Assembly (NCBI GenBank): GCA_009859145.1
Contig: VRVR01000063.1
Span: 15,283 to 60,236, forward strand
From: Andalucia godoyi And28
Taxonomy: Eukaryota > Protista > Jakobida
Direction: 5' to 3'
Length of the DNA stretch: 44,954 nt
The notes under the pieces were generated by a model. The model saw nothing but the letters and a program-made list of their open reading frames with translations. It had not been told where the DNA came from and made no database searches. Position 1 is the first letter of the stretch. Each line of letters starts with the position of its first letter. Of this stretch, positions 10,095-21,588 are shown piece by piece. Both the position numbers and the translations under genes were made by a program.

Positions 10095-11045
10095 ATGGGA
10101 GCTTGTCAATCCGCAAAGCATGACAATGCGATCGTTCCGACTCCGATGGCTCACCCGGAAAGGCGTACAGTCCCTTCTTGCGAGCCCAATCAGAGGTTCT
10201 CCAGAACAATGCCTCCTCAGAACGAAGTGATGAACATGTTCACGACCTTCGAACCGCCAGTTCACAGCATGCTGTCTGAATCTAATCCAAGTATCAGCCC
10301 ACTGAAAAGTGCAGGAATGAATATCGTGTCCAAGCTGAACTGTGTGACACTACTTGACTGCATTGTGCACAACAATTTGCAATTTCCTGTTCGATTAGTG
10401 ATCCAATATAAGACACAAGCAAACGACGACACCCACGTCCGGGAATTCATGTCGTTTCCGCGGACGAAAAAAATTCTTCGATTCCGAGCAGGAGTTCGTA
10501 TACTAGCGATTGAAGCCAACCAAGGCTGGAGCCGTGCAACTGTTTTCTCTCCGCTTGTCATTTCTGCAAACAGCAGTATTTTGTTGAACTTGATGTACGG
10601 TGACGAAGCGGTTGATGAGATCGAGCACTTCCGAGCAACGTATCCCAAACGCCAAGCGATGGTTGCAGAATCCATTCTTGAGCTCAGTCCTGATTGTTTG
10701 GATGTCGCCTTTTTCGACCCCTTCTCCCATTTCCGGACCTCTTTTTTCCCCGGACAATCTGAAAACGGCGAAGATCCCTTCAGCCGCGTGCTGCCCCATG
10801 CTGATGACGACAACGAAACATGTTACGATACGGATAGCAAGCACTCTTCGAGCAGCCTTGAAAGTTCCGTGCAGGATGCTGGCGACTTTGGTTCCACATG
10901 CAGAGCAACAGCAATTGCAAGTGCCCCATTCTGCATCTGCGGATATTACATTGCAATTTCGCTTGACACCATGGAACGAAGACCAGTTCTCTACGGAGTC
11001 TGTGCGGCAGCTCGCCACTGCGGCAGCAACTCTGATCTGTACTAG
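10095..11045 (+). CDS. Hypothetical protein with predicted N-myristoylation/palmitoylation (MGACQS)
   Basis: 316-aa ORF from ATG 10095 with an MGxCxS start; no family recognised. Confidence 0.5.
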   Translation: MGACQSAKHDNAIVPTPMAHPERRTVPSCEPNQRFSRTMPPQNEVMNMFTTFEPPVHSMLSESNPSISPLKSAGMNIVSKLNCVTLLDCIVHNNLQFPVRLVIQYKTQANDDTHVREFMSFPRTKKILRFRAGVRILAIEANQGWSRATVFSPLVISANSSILLNLMYGDEAVDEIEHFRATYPKRQAMVAESILELSPDCLDVAFFDPFSHFRTSFFPGQSENGEDPFSRVLPHADDDNETCYDTDSKHSSSSLESSVQDAGDFGSTCRATAIASAPFCICGYYIAISLDTMERRPVLYGVCAAARHCGSNSDLY

Positions 11046-11195
11046 CCCGAATGCGAATGATTCAACTCTAGATTCGAATTCTAATAAATTACTTGTGATA
11101 GAATTATGATACATGGTGATAACATTCGACAGCGCTGCGGAACCAGAGTCAATCTCGAACGACCAAACCAGCATTGGCAGTTCAGGTTGAAAGAA

Positions 11196-12098
11196 CTATT
11201 TCCACCGATCATCTTGGCGAATATGAGACTGTGCAGGTGAGCAAAATTCATTTGGTGCTATCAATCCCGGAATCATCCACGGGTTCTGGACACAAGGGGT
11301 CGGCTGCATCTCTGGTGCGCTCCTCTCTCGGTGACGGGCGGCGAACACAGGGCTGCGTACTAATGATCGATCATAGACACTGGTAGGATTACCTACGAAA
11401 TTGTGACCAAAGAATGAAAATTCTGTCGAATCGTCGGCAGAACCGAGGTTGCAAAGCTCGCTGCTGTCGCTTCGCGTCGAAACGAGGTTTGCGTGATGCG
11501 ATATCTCGTGCTGCTCAGTAGGATCACAATAATGGAGAAAGCAGTTCTCCAAACTTTGGTTTTCCGGAGATTGCGGATGGCAAATGTACGGGATCGGCAG
11601 TTTATGCCAACCAGGGACAGGGACAGCATCTGCGGAAAGGGTGCTTTCTGGATGAGTGAATCCTCCGGATCGCAACGCGAGAGGACTCGTCTCATGCGAC
11701 ACCGCGCTTATCTGGTCCGAGTCTCTCGAAACCCCATCTGGTGGGCTCACCGAGGGAGCAGAAATGAACAATTGTCGAGAGCGGAATGGACCATTGCGAC
11801 TCTGTTTCACCGCATGGCCTACACCGAATGTCCCATAATCATCGTTTGTGATGCACTCGTGCTCTTCATGAGCTGCTGCGAAATAGTGATCCAGCACAAT
11901 TTGCGGATCAACAGAACTGCATTCGTGAAGAGTGGAGCCAAGATCGGGTTCACTGATGATGATGATTGCGATTTCACATCCACATAAGAAAGAAAGCTCC
12001 ATCGCTTTTTTGAAAAGACCAGCTTTTCGCTTACGAAACGTGACATGACGTTTCTGCTCGTTTCTCACCAAAGAAATCGTAATCCTTTTTCTGCCCAT
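11196..12098 (-). CDS. MADS-box transcription factor (MEF2-like)
   Basis: MGRKRITISLVRNEQKRHVTFRKRKAGLFKKAMELSFLCGCEIAIIII is a canonical MADS domain starting at ATG 12098, followed by a low-complexity tail and a TAG stop. Confidence 0.92.
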   Translation of the reverse strand: MGRKRITISLVRNEQKRHVTFRKRKAGLFKKAMELSFLCGCEIAIIIISEPDLGSTLHECSSVDPQIVLDHYFAAAHEEHECITNDDYGTFGVGHAVKQSRNGPFRSRQLFISAPSVSPPDGVSRDSDQISAVSHETSPLALRSGGFTHPESTLSADAVPVPGWHKLPIPYICHPQSPENQSLENCFLHYCDPTEQHEISHHANLVSTRSDSSELCNLGSADDSTEFSFFGHNFVGNPTSVYDRSLVRSPVFAARHRERSAPEMQPTPCVQNPWMIPGLIAPNEFCSPAQSHIRQDDRWK

Positions 12099-13560
12099 AG
12101 CGAGAGTAGTTGATTTCTGGATATTCTCAGAAAAAAGCAAGGTGAAAAGAAGCAAAGAGGTGAGGCAAGAGAAACCAGCGGAAAGGATTTGGGATGACGT
12201 CGGAAATGAAACCCAGTGATTTCGGAAATACGAGTTGGTGAAAGCTGTAAAGTTTGGAGTAATTATAAAGATTTGCCCAGGCCAGTTCAAGCGCACTTGT
12301 CCAAACGCCAGCAGTCCAAAACCCCAGGAAACTGGAAGATCTGTTCATCCCTCACGGAATCCGCTGTCACAGCCGGTGCGAGCTGCAACTTGTACCAATG
12401 ACCTCTCCCTCCTAAAAAACTGGGAATCTCCATCGCCAAACAAAGACATGGAGGTTCCCAAACCAAGAATCCTCCCGGAAAAGGTGAAGATCAAAAAACC
12501 ATGGGTTTTAAATTAAACAACAAAACACGAAGTCCAGCATGAAGGAAATTCTTGTGCATCTGCTTGCTGAGCGGAGAAAGTGTTTACGAGAATGACGTAG
12601 AACCTTTATTTCAGAACTGAGCAAACAGCAAGTGAACATCCACGAATCAGAAGAAAGCTTGTTTGGCGGAACAGTGATGAGACGTAGTTGTGGTTTTATT
12701 CTATCACCGGCGGTCGACATCGCTTCCGATCCACGTAGGAGATGTGAAGCACTATTACAAGCCACACAAATGGTGATGTCCGATCCGCCTGGATTCGACC
12801 TTGCCGTGTCATTTGCTTTCTGGAAATTATCAGCACAGTCGTAGCCTTGCGCGTGCGCTGTCATCGAGCCCTTGGTTGCAAAGCGAAGGCCGATGCTGCG
12901 GTACCATCAACACACAGCCACATCACTCACCAATGTTGGCATTATGTTGACCTCTATTTGATTTTGCTGACGGTTTTCAGAAGTACCGATTTCCACTTTG
13001 AATATCTGTATTGTTGAAAGAAGCATAGAAGATATGGCGCGAAGAGTGACAACATCCTGCTAGCGGCCAATTTGGCTTCCTGTGCATGCGGAGATACACC
13101 ATCTGTACGCAAGGATTAGGAAGCAGAATTCGGTCGAGACTGTGTTCAGATCCAGAACAAAGTTGTTCTTGGTGTGGTTTTCCAAGTATGGGCATTCGAT
13201 CACACATTCGAGGACATCAATCGCCTTTCGATGAGGTTGTTGCGCTTAACCTTGTCAAATGCTCGAGTCTGCCTATGTCTCTTGCGCATCACCAATTCAC
13301 CATCAGCTCCGAGATCCGGATGTTTCCCAAAGAAGGCCCGGTGAAGGAAAACATCCTTCTCGTTTTTACCTCCGAGTGTATTTTTCAGAATGAGCTGCGC
13401 CCTGTACATGCGTCTTCCATACGTGATCGTTTGCATCACGCATACCTGGTTCTGACATTACCCCATCCTTTCTTCTTCTTCTTCCTGAAGATTCGGAACC
13501 GAACCAGGTGGGTTTCCTTATTTCCTTTCTAACCAGTCAAAAGTCTATCTTCAAACAAGA

Positions 13561-14184
13561 ATGGAGAATGTCGAGATAGAATTACCAGAAACCATCCAGG
13601 CTGCACCATGCGTAGCATGTCGGAGACTCCGTAAGAAATGTGACCGCCATGGACTTGTTTGCAACCGCTGTTTTCGAACTGGTCGACAGTGTGTGTACAC
13701 AGGAATCACATCTGGGAGACCATGAATATGCTCAGATACTTCCATTTCGCAAGGAACAAGGAATAGTAGCAGCAAAAAGCAGTCCGCCTATGATGTCGTG
13801 CAACCTCTATTGAAGGGCTGCGCACCATTACCGACTCCAGTCCCATTTCCAACGACACCCATGTTCGACGAAACTTCAGCTTGTTCAAACGAATCTTCGT
13901 GCATCGTTCCTTCCTCAGCGAGAACATTCAATCGAGGCATAGAGACAGCGCTCTCAGTCTTCTGGAACCCATCTTTGCTTGATGTAAAAGACAGATGCGT
14001 ATGGAATACCAAAGCAACGGTGTCCGAAGGCCGTTTGTCGGCAGCAATCAAACAAATCAGATGTCGATGCTTGCTCGATGACCACCTACCGACTGGACGT
14101 TCTTCATCCGCCGACGAAGCGCATTGTCAACTTCCAACCTTCCGGATCCTGCAGTGTACATTCCGCAATGCAGGACGGTTGTGA
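13561..14184 (+). pseudogene. Zn(II)2Cys6 transcription factor interrupted by in-frame TGA
   Basis: MENVEIELPETIQAAPCVACRRLRKKCDRHGLVCNRCFRTGRQCVYTGITSGRP* is 54 aa, below the ORF-track cutoff. TGA 13723-13725 sits where the paralog at 28225-29634 has GRPW. The frame continues into ORF 13798-14184. Confidence 0.8.
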
Positions 14185-14806
14185 CGAGCGCTTTTGCATC
14201 TGAAGTCCACCATCTTGCTTGTCCCTCCATACTTGCTATTTCCTTTTTGTAATCCGAATCCGTGTGTGCCAGGCTTCGCTGGCATTTCAAACGGCCCTTG
14301 TCCAAAAATGCAAGATCCAGCTAGCTGCATTCATTTTGAAAACCACATCGTCGAAAGTATTGTGAAGCAGTTGCTCGCATTCGGAACTTCCAAAACTCCT
14401 GTCCATTGTTACAAGTGATCGGCTATCCAGTGCCAAGACACGAAGTGTCATTTTAGACAAGTATGTCCCAAGAACTCCCACTCTTCACACTCGTCGCCCC
14501 GTCCTTTGAAGTCAAGTCCAAAAAGAATGTTCTGTCAACAGGTCCCCGGAATGTTGGACTGCGATGCCGTAGTGAAAGGTGTGAAAACGACTGTCGAAAG
14601 GTCGACACCCTTCAACAGCATTCCGAGGACGGCTCGATCTTCATGCTTTCTCATCAGACACTGGCTCCTTCCCATACACGTCCAGTGAAGAAATTCAGAT
14701 TGGGAGAATCCAGGCTGGGCATCGACCCTGCCGGCACTTCAATGGCTTCACCGGATGGCTTCAAGCTCTCGGACCGTTTCTTGACTGAATTTTGGGACGG
14801 AGATCC

Positions 14807-15469
14807 TCAGTTTTTTCCAGATGCTTTGCTCTGAGCCGTTGCTTGCGCAGTCTGGACGAATCCACTATTGTAGAGTATGAAAATTGTTTTGAGAAAGCGT
14901 GCGAGGCGCATCCAGTCTGAACCTATTGCAGCGTAAATGTGTGGATTTTTTGATTGTTTTTCCTTTCCTTTCTTTTCTAAAACAAAGGATCCTCGCTGAA
15001 CTGATCTGATCACCGCAAGCGACGAAATGCTGTACTCGAAAGATACCTTTCGCGAATTCAGTCGCTGCCTGAAGGAGATGGACACATTATTTTCTGACAA
15101 TTCTGCATAGAACTGTGCCCCGACTGGACCTTCTTCGTCGTCCTGTCTTGAGTTGCGCATCTATATACGACTTCCCGGGCATCCGTCTGAACAATCTGTC
15201 AATCCATATATGAACTTCGGTTGGGAGAAGCAAAAATCATCTGCACACTCCTTGGAACCTGATTTCTTCAAGTTGACCGGGAGTTTGTTCGTACCGACCA
15301 GTTTCAGTAAAATTGCATGCAAGCAGCATTTCTGCCCAAATCGGAATTGATGTTCGCCAAAAGTGGGCACTTGCAGCGTACGAAAGTGTTCTCGGTCATT
15401 CAAGCTGACAGAATCCCCACGTATTGCGAATTTGTGGCTTTTCGTGTTGTTGCCTCCATGACTTTCCAA
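14807..15469 (-). pseudogene. Interrupted ORF with a possible Death-domain-like segment
   Basis: ORFs 15161-15469 and 14807-15160 are in frame across one TAG (15161-15163). IYAAIGSDWMRLARFL resembles the first helices of Death domains (lG.dW..LAR.L). The match is short. Confidence 0.25.
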
Positions 15470-15519
15470 TTGGTTTTCCTGGTGTCAAGCAACAATATCA
15501 AACTCCACAATTCAGACAA

Positions 15520-18453
15520 ATGAGTGATCATTGTCCGCCGTCAGCCTCGCATGGCACAGAGAGCACTGCACACTGCAATGTTCCAAAGAGCAACATGGAG
15601 GTATTCTCACTTGGTCATTCCAAGCTCATTTCCGAATTGCAGGCTTTCCGAGAGCGACTGGCTCAGCTTGAATCGATGGAACGAGCAAGTTTACAAGCAG
15701 CAGAGTTGTTTCGATTAGCCGTAGAAGCAAGTCCAACCGCGTTGCTCATGGTAGAGGGCGGTCCAAACGGGATCATTCGGTTGGCCAACCGTGGCTCCGA
15801 GCTTCTTTTCGGGTATACCAACGAGCAGTTGATCGGCAAGAAGATCGAAATGCTCGTTCCAGATCGAATTGCCAAAGTTCACCCGTCATTTCGTGCCGAG
15901 TTTGCAAAAGATCCCAAAGCAAGGTCTATGGGAACGGGACGCGATCTGTTGGCGAAGCGATCGGACGACACGGAGATCCCTGTCGAAATTGGTCTTAATC
16001 CAATTCAAACGTCAGACGGTCTTTTTGTCCTCGCTAGTATCATAGACATCACGGAACGCAAGATGGCTGAGGAGCGGTTCCGTCTTGCGGTCGAAGCCGC
16101 GCCGAATGCCATGTTTATGGTTGGAAAAGATGGGAAAATCGTCATGGTCAACCAGCAAGCGGAAAGAATGTTTCTCTATTCGAGAGAGGAACTGGTCGGA
16201 CAAGCGATCGAAATACTGGTTCCGGAAAGCGTTCGTGACCAGCATCCACAGTTCCGTAGCACCTTTTTTGGATGCCCCGTTGTTCGGGCGATGGGGAAGG
16301 GGCGCGAGCTCTACGGCCAGCGAAAGGATGGCAGTATTGTTCCAGTCGAGATTGGACTCAATCCCATTGAAACTGCAGAAGGTATGATCGTGCTGGCCTC
16401 CGTAATTGACATTTCGGAAAGGAAACGGATGCAGGAGGAACGGCAGATAGCGCTTGAAGCTGGCCTGCAAGCGGATCTTGCGAAAACGAGAGAGCGCCTT
16501 CGAGCCGAGTTCCTGGCTCGCATGTCGCATGAGTTGCGGACACCGGCGAACGCTATCATCGGAATGACAGATATTCTGATAGACACCGAACTGTCCATGC
16601 AGCAGCGCGACTTTTGCCAGACCATCGCGACGGCGGCACAGACCCTAGTTTCGACTATCAACGACATTCTGGATTTTTCAAAATTGGAAGCTGGCAAGAT
16701 GACGATCGAGCACGTCAGCTTCGACCTGGAAGTCCTTCTTCACGAGTGTTTTGAAATGATCGCTCCCAAGGCGCAGAAAAAGTGTCTTGGACTGTCTCTC
16801 GTCGTTGACGGTCCGATGCCAGTCCTTGTTTGTTCTGATCGGAGTCGTCTTCGACAAGTGGTACTGAATCTGTTGAGCAATGCTGTGAAGTTTACAGATT
16901 CTGGCGGCATCCTTTTAGAACTTCAAAATTCGTTGATGAAAGCGAATGGCACCAGAGATGCCGATTACTGGGACATCTGGATTGTCGTATCGGACACTGG
17001 AATTGGAATTTCCGATGATGCACAACCTCAGTTGTTTCAACCTTTTATGCAAGGAGACTCGAGCACGACTCGCAAGTATGGCGGAACAGGTCTCGGTCTT
17101 GCCATTTCGAAGCGAATCATGGATGCCATGGATGGTACCATCACATTTCAAAGCAACGATGGCCGAGGTTCGCGATTTCAAATCCATCTGCAGATGGAGC
17201 GGTGTATGGATAAAGGATTGCCTCCTTGCGATCCTGCCGTTGCCATGACTAAGAAAAGCGCATTGATCGTGGATTCATGCCAGATTGACAGAGACGCTGT
17301 TATGAAGCAGTGTCATATGTGGGGCATGACGACCGCAAACGCACGGTCGTTCGAGGAGGCAATGGAGATGGCCAAGCGACAAGCGACTCCGTGTGATTTT
17401 CTCATCGTCAGCTTGTGTGGAAACGATGTGGCTCCGGCGGTGGAATTTGTTTCGCGGATGACTAGTATTATGTCTTGCCATGTGTTGTGGTTGCTTTCTC
17501 TGAACACAAGTTCATCTCAAGTCTTCTCGCGGCCTGGACAATTGGCTCTCTCAAAACCGGTGAGTCCGTCGCAGTTGCTGGACTCTCTGCTGTTGTTGTG
17601 TAATGATCGTCTTTCACCTGCCTTGGAAACCCAGTCGACGCCACCTTCTGCGCCTGGACCTTCAAACCGCAGCTTGTCGAATCACCTGTCTTCCTTCTTG
17701 CCTTGCCGGGCGCCGTCACCCGCAACTGTCTACCGAGGAAAGGTGTTGTTGGTGGAGGACAACCCAGTGAATCAGAAAGTCGCGATCTTGCTTCTACAAA
17801 AAATTGGCTACAACGTTGACTGTGCAAATAATGGGCAGGAGGCACTCATGGTTCTTGAACGAGAACCCTACTATCTGGTTCTTATGGATATTCAGATGCC
17901 AATCCTGGATGGATTGGCTGCGACGAGTCGCATTCGCGAGCAAGAGACGGAATTTCAGCACGTTCCCATTATCGCCATGACGGCACATGCGATGGAAGGC
18001 GACAAAGAGAAGTGCCTCGGAGCAGGCATGGATGACTACGTCTCCAAGCCTATTGACAGGATCCATCTCTTGCATACTCTTCGAAAATGGGATACACCGA
18101 TCAACGAAGTTGTTTGGATGAGACTTTTGACCTCTATGGGTGGTGATGAAGACGTTCGAAACCAGGTGGTCGCAGAGTTTTTGACGATTTCTTCGAAGTC
18201 ATTTGACGAGCTGCGTGTTGTTGTTCATGATAAGAGTACCACAGTTGAGAATGTCAAACGTATTGTGCACCGCTTGAAGGGGGCATGTTGTTCCGTGGCG
18301 GCGTGCCGCATGCACAATATTTGCCGTCGCATTCTGATGCTGCCATCTGCAGAAGATGCAAAGGACCGAGTAACTGACTTGTGTGAATGGCTTTTGACAG
18401 AGCTGCCGCTCGTGGAACGTGCATTGCGGGCGAAGATCGGGCTGTCCAGTTGA
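15520..18453 (+). CDS. Hybrid sensor histidine kinase: PAS-PAS-HisKA-HATPase-pseudoREC-REC-HPt (977 aa)
   Basis: Two tandem PAS repeats 123 aa apart (starting 15709 and 16078). H-box RMSHELRTP (His 16528-16530), N-box [10 protein letters not shown]1 DTGIGI and G2 GGTGLGL. The first REC lacks the phospho-Asp; the second has VEDN/MDIQMP/TA/KP. HPt VHRLKG (His 18268-18270). Intronless. Confidence 0.95.
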   Translation: MSDHCPPSASHGTESTAHCNVPKSNMEVFSLGHSKLISELQAFRERLAQLESMERASLQAAELFRLAVEASPTALLMVEGGPNGIIRLANRGSELLFGYTNEQLIGKKIEMLVPDRIAKVHPSFRAEFAKDPKARSMGTGRDLLAKRSDDTEIPVEIGLNPIQTSDGLFVLASIIDITERKMAEERFRLAVEAAPNAMFMVGKDGKIVMVNQQAERMFLYSREELVGQAIEILVPESVRDQHPQFRSTFFGCPVVRAMGKGRELYGQRKDGSIVPVEIGLNPIETAEGMIVLASVIDISERKRMQEERQIALEAGLQADLAKTRERLRAEFLARMSHELRTPANAIIGMTDILIDTELSMQQRDFCQTIATAAQTLVSTINDILDFSKLEAGKMTIEHVSFDLEVLLHECFEMIAPKAQKKCLGLSLVVDGPMPVLVCSDRSRLRQVVLNLLSNAVKFTDSGGILLELQNSLMKANGTRDADYWDIWIVVSDTGIGISDDAQPQLFQPFMQGDSSTTRKYGGTGLGLAISKRIMDAMDGTITFQSNDGRGSRFQIHLQMERCMDKGLPPCDPAVAMTKKSALIVDSCQIDRDAVMKQCHMWGMTTANARSFEEAMEMAKRQATPCDFLIVSLCGNDVAPAVEFVSRMTSIMSCHVLWLLSLNTSSSQVFSRPGQLALSKPVSPSQLLDSLLLLCNDRLSPALETQSTPPSAPGPSNRSLSNHLSSFLPCRAPSPATVYRGKVLLVEDNPVNQKVAILLLQKIGYNVDCANNGQEALMVLEREPYYLVLMDIQMPILDGLAATSRIREQETEFQHVPIIAMTAHAMEGDKEKCLGAGMDDYVSKPIDRIHLLHTLRKWDTPINEVVWMRLLTSMGGDEDVRNQVVAEFLTISSKSFDELRVVVHDKSTTVENVKRIVHRLKGACCSVAACRMHNICRRILMLPSAEDAKDRVTDLCEWLLTELPLVERALRAKIGLSS

Positions 18454-18952
18454 TTCTCTATATCATCATGAACCGTGCTATGACCTGCAATGCAGCAGTA
18501 TGAACGTAGTATCTTCTTCAAATGGCGGCCACGAACAATGCTCCGCGGCTGATGTAAAAAACTGCATTCAAACGATCAATTAACTCGACTGTCAGGGGCA
18601 CAAATTTGTTGACAATGACAGCATCAGTATGGGAACTATCGTACGGAAGCACTATTTGTTTCGACAGTACACGCCCTCGTTCCCTGACATTTCGTTCCGT
18701 CTGCTTGTTTCCCGTTGCAGTGCGATGATGGACACGCCATCCGATTTCTGAATTTGCAATTGTCTCTACCCTTTTTAAAGAAAATGTGCGCTCTTTGCTG
18801 TACGTATTTCAAGCAGCAATCGATTTTGTATGAGGGGTGCTTTTCTTGGTACAAAGGAGAACTCGGGAATAAACCTTCGTCTTTTGATTTTTATAATCTC
18901 CAAAAATAAAGGAAAGATGTGACCCTCTCACGTTGCACATATTCCTTCTATC

Positions 18953-19246
18953 ATGTCGTGCTTTGACAATTTACAGTTCTGGGCGCATCTAATCACTGAG
19001 CATTCTCCGAACAAATACAAGCCGCACGGTTATTTTGAACATACAGATGGACGAAAAGTGCTTCTTAGATTGGAGACGGAATGCACGAATGTATGGTATT
19101 GCATTGTTGTCGAGGGAACCGATTTCAGGATTGAACAGGAATCGAAAAGACTCGCCCACGATGCTGCCGGCGCTGTCTTGACAGGATTCTTGCGCGTTCT
19201 GTTTGCCAAAGGATATCATTTTGTCGGATGGTCGTCCGAATCTTGA
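18953..19246 (+). CDS. Small hypothetical protein
   Basis: 97-aa ATG-initiated ORF with globular-like composition; no family recognised. Confidence 0.25.
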   Translation: MSCFDNLQFWAHLITEHSPNKYKPHGYFEHTDGRKVLLRLETECTNVWYCIVVEGTDFRIEQESKRLAHDAAGAVLTGFLRVLFAKGYHFVGWSSES

Positions 19247-19426
19247 TATTCTGATAACATTTGTAAGTGTTTGAATAAGACTAGGGTCACCCTGCAGTGC
19301 TGAACGGCCGCGATGCAGTAACAGGTTCCGATGTCATCAGGTGTTCGACGCTGCTGCACCTGCGCACAAACAGCGTACCAACAGTCGAGAGTGATGGGAC
19401 AGCACAGATGCGAGAACTGCGAAATT

Positions 19427-20998
19427 CTAGACATCATGTTGCATCGATTCATGGGTAGTACGGATACGAACGATCCCGTAGACAGGGGTATGATCGCAGC
19501 TCTGGATACTCCAGTGAGTGAGCATGCAGCTTCGAAAGCTTCCAGAATTGCACATAATGCGGAAAGGTCCTTCTTCCCGAATCGGCGAAGCTGAAAGAGA
19601 AGACTCAAGAAAGTATCTCAAAACAGAGAAAATATCACTGCATTGAACAAGGTGCATTGGCCCAAGCGCCAGTGCCGTCACTTCGGCGTTTTCCCATCCA
19701 AGTAGGCATTCAAATGCACAGTTCACATACACAATGACCTGGGATGGATGCAGAAGCAAGTTGTGAAGGAAAGCATGGGTCGACGACGATCTGTACATGA
19801 ACATGGGTTCAGAGATAGCGGATAGCGGATTCGATACTAAAGAAGTATCGCACGCATAATGCAGGTTCAAAGCTACCGAAACGGCGTGAAGTTGCAGTCG
19901 CACTCCCCCGGACGGCGAAACGTAATCTGGTTTCCATATCCTGCCAATTTCATTTTCATGCAATGAATCCAGAAATCCAAAGTCCTCAGGTGAAGGCGAC
20001 AATGTATTCTTTCTGAACAGCGATTGCTCCACGAAAGCTGTTCCAAATCTCTGAGAAAACACACGAGCGCGAGTTGATAAAGATCCCTGTAAAACGAGGT
20101 CCGATTGCACCTCTGATAAATGTTCCGCTCTGACAGCGTCAACGAACGAGGACGAAGAATCACTTTCTTCAATGCTACTGCACCTGGCAGACCCTGCAGT
20201 TCTCAAGAGGTCCTTGTGGCCTCGTGCAGGCGTTTGTGAAATACCAAATGATGACGTGAACGGCTTGTTGTAAATTGAAGCCGTAGGACAGGAAGGGTCA
20301 GAAAGACTGCAGCCTTGTACAGGAACGGATACCGCATAATTCGATGAGGTAACAGAACCAGCAGACGACACGTCCTACATCTCACGAGACGAAAAAGAAC
20401 GTCGGGTGGACGACGCAAGCTCAGCGACAGTTCCTGAATTCCCAGAATGAGACGGCGCAGTCAAATTGTCGAGAGACGGCAAATACCGCATGTTGAACGT
20501 ATAGTTTTGCTGGTTCGATTTCCTCTTCCGTTGAGCAATGCCTTTCTCGAAACCATCCTTCTGCTGTTCGTGTCCCGACGCACGATCTCGACCCTGATAA
20601 GTCCAGTCTTCAGCGTTCACCACTGATACGCTTGATGGAACAGATGGTGTGCGCCGTCGCTGCTGATCCCGTTGCTTGGGAACTGGACTGTGCACCACGA
20701 CTTCACAGGAAGAAAGCTCTGCACGATCACGCACGTTTGGAGAGAAATCATTCGTCTCTGATGAAATGCTAAAGAAAACTTTTCGTGAGCAGCGCTTGGC
20801 AGCGGGTGTATCACAGCAAGTATGCGATCTACCGGTAGCGATGCATCGAAGACACGGACGATCTGTGGGGCATTTTTTCCGCAAATTCTGGCACTCTGTA
20901 CAGGCCCGCACCCGTGGCTTCTTGGGAGGTGGAGACGATTCAACAGTATTTGAGAGTGATCGATCCGTTTCCAGGCTTTCGCAGGAATCCGATTCCAT
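19427..20998 (-). CDS. Zn(II)2Cys6 plus C-terminal PAS-like transcription factor (ERT1/RDS2-like architecture), with an internal TAG
   Basis: RACTECQNLRKKCPTDRPCLRCIATGRSHTC forms the zinc cluster. An in-frame TAG at 20375-20377 separates ORFs 20375-21091 and 19427-20371. The C-terminal IVYVNCAFECLLGWENAEV segment is PAS-like. Confidence 0.78.
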
Positions 20999-21588
20999 TC
21001 TCAATAAACCAAGAGCGATGCTCATGAAAAAATGGAAGAGACTGGTCCAGATTTCTTCAGCTTCCTTGTGATACTTTTGGATTGTTCGCAAAACGCAGAG
21101 GCCGAGTTTTACTCAGAAAATGCAAATCCTTGGAGTGCTCTATCGAAAGTCGGCGATCCCGAATTGGAAACTCCTATTTCCACTGTGGTTGCACCGTCGG
21201 GAAAACTCAGAATGACGTCCGCGATCCCGTTTCCAGTACCAGATGCTCTTTAGTTTGAGAAAAGATGGGAACTCCTGTTATAATTGGACGTCATGCAAGC
21301 AGACTCATTGCAAAACTGGATTGTTGTTATCGACAGAATAAAAATTCGACTAGTCATTTTTGTATATGTTTGCAAGACAAGGTATTTTCATAGAGGTGCT
21401 GTGTGCGCAGAATGCGTCTTGTAACACACAACACGGAAGTTCGACTTCCATCTCTGTCTGCCAAGTCTTCGGCAAACCGATCCTCGACCCGCTCTCAAGG
21501 TAATCTGTTTATTGATGTCTTCGGTTTTCGGATGAAACTCACATTTTAACCGAAGTTCTTGATTTATTCGGCTGTATTTCCGTGAAGA

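Noticed and set aside
13723-18453. TGA read as Trp as a general code
   Set aside because: All Trp codons in the HK and in the 1011-aa cyclase ORF are TGG, and TGA ends the HK and two Zn-cluster genes.
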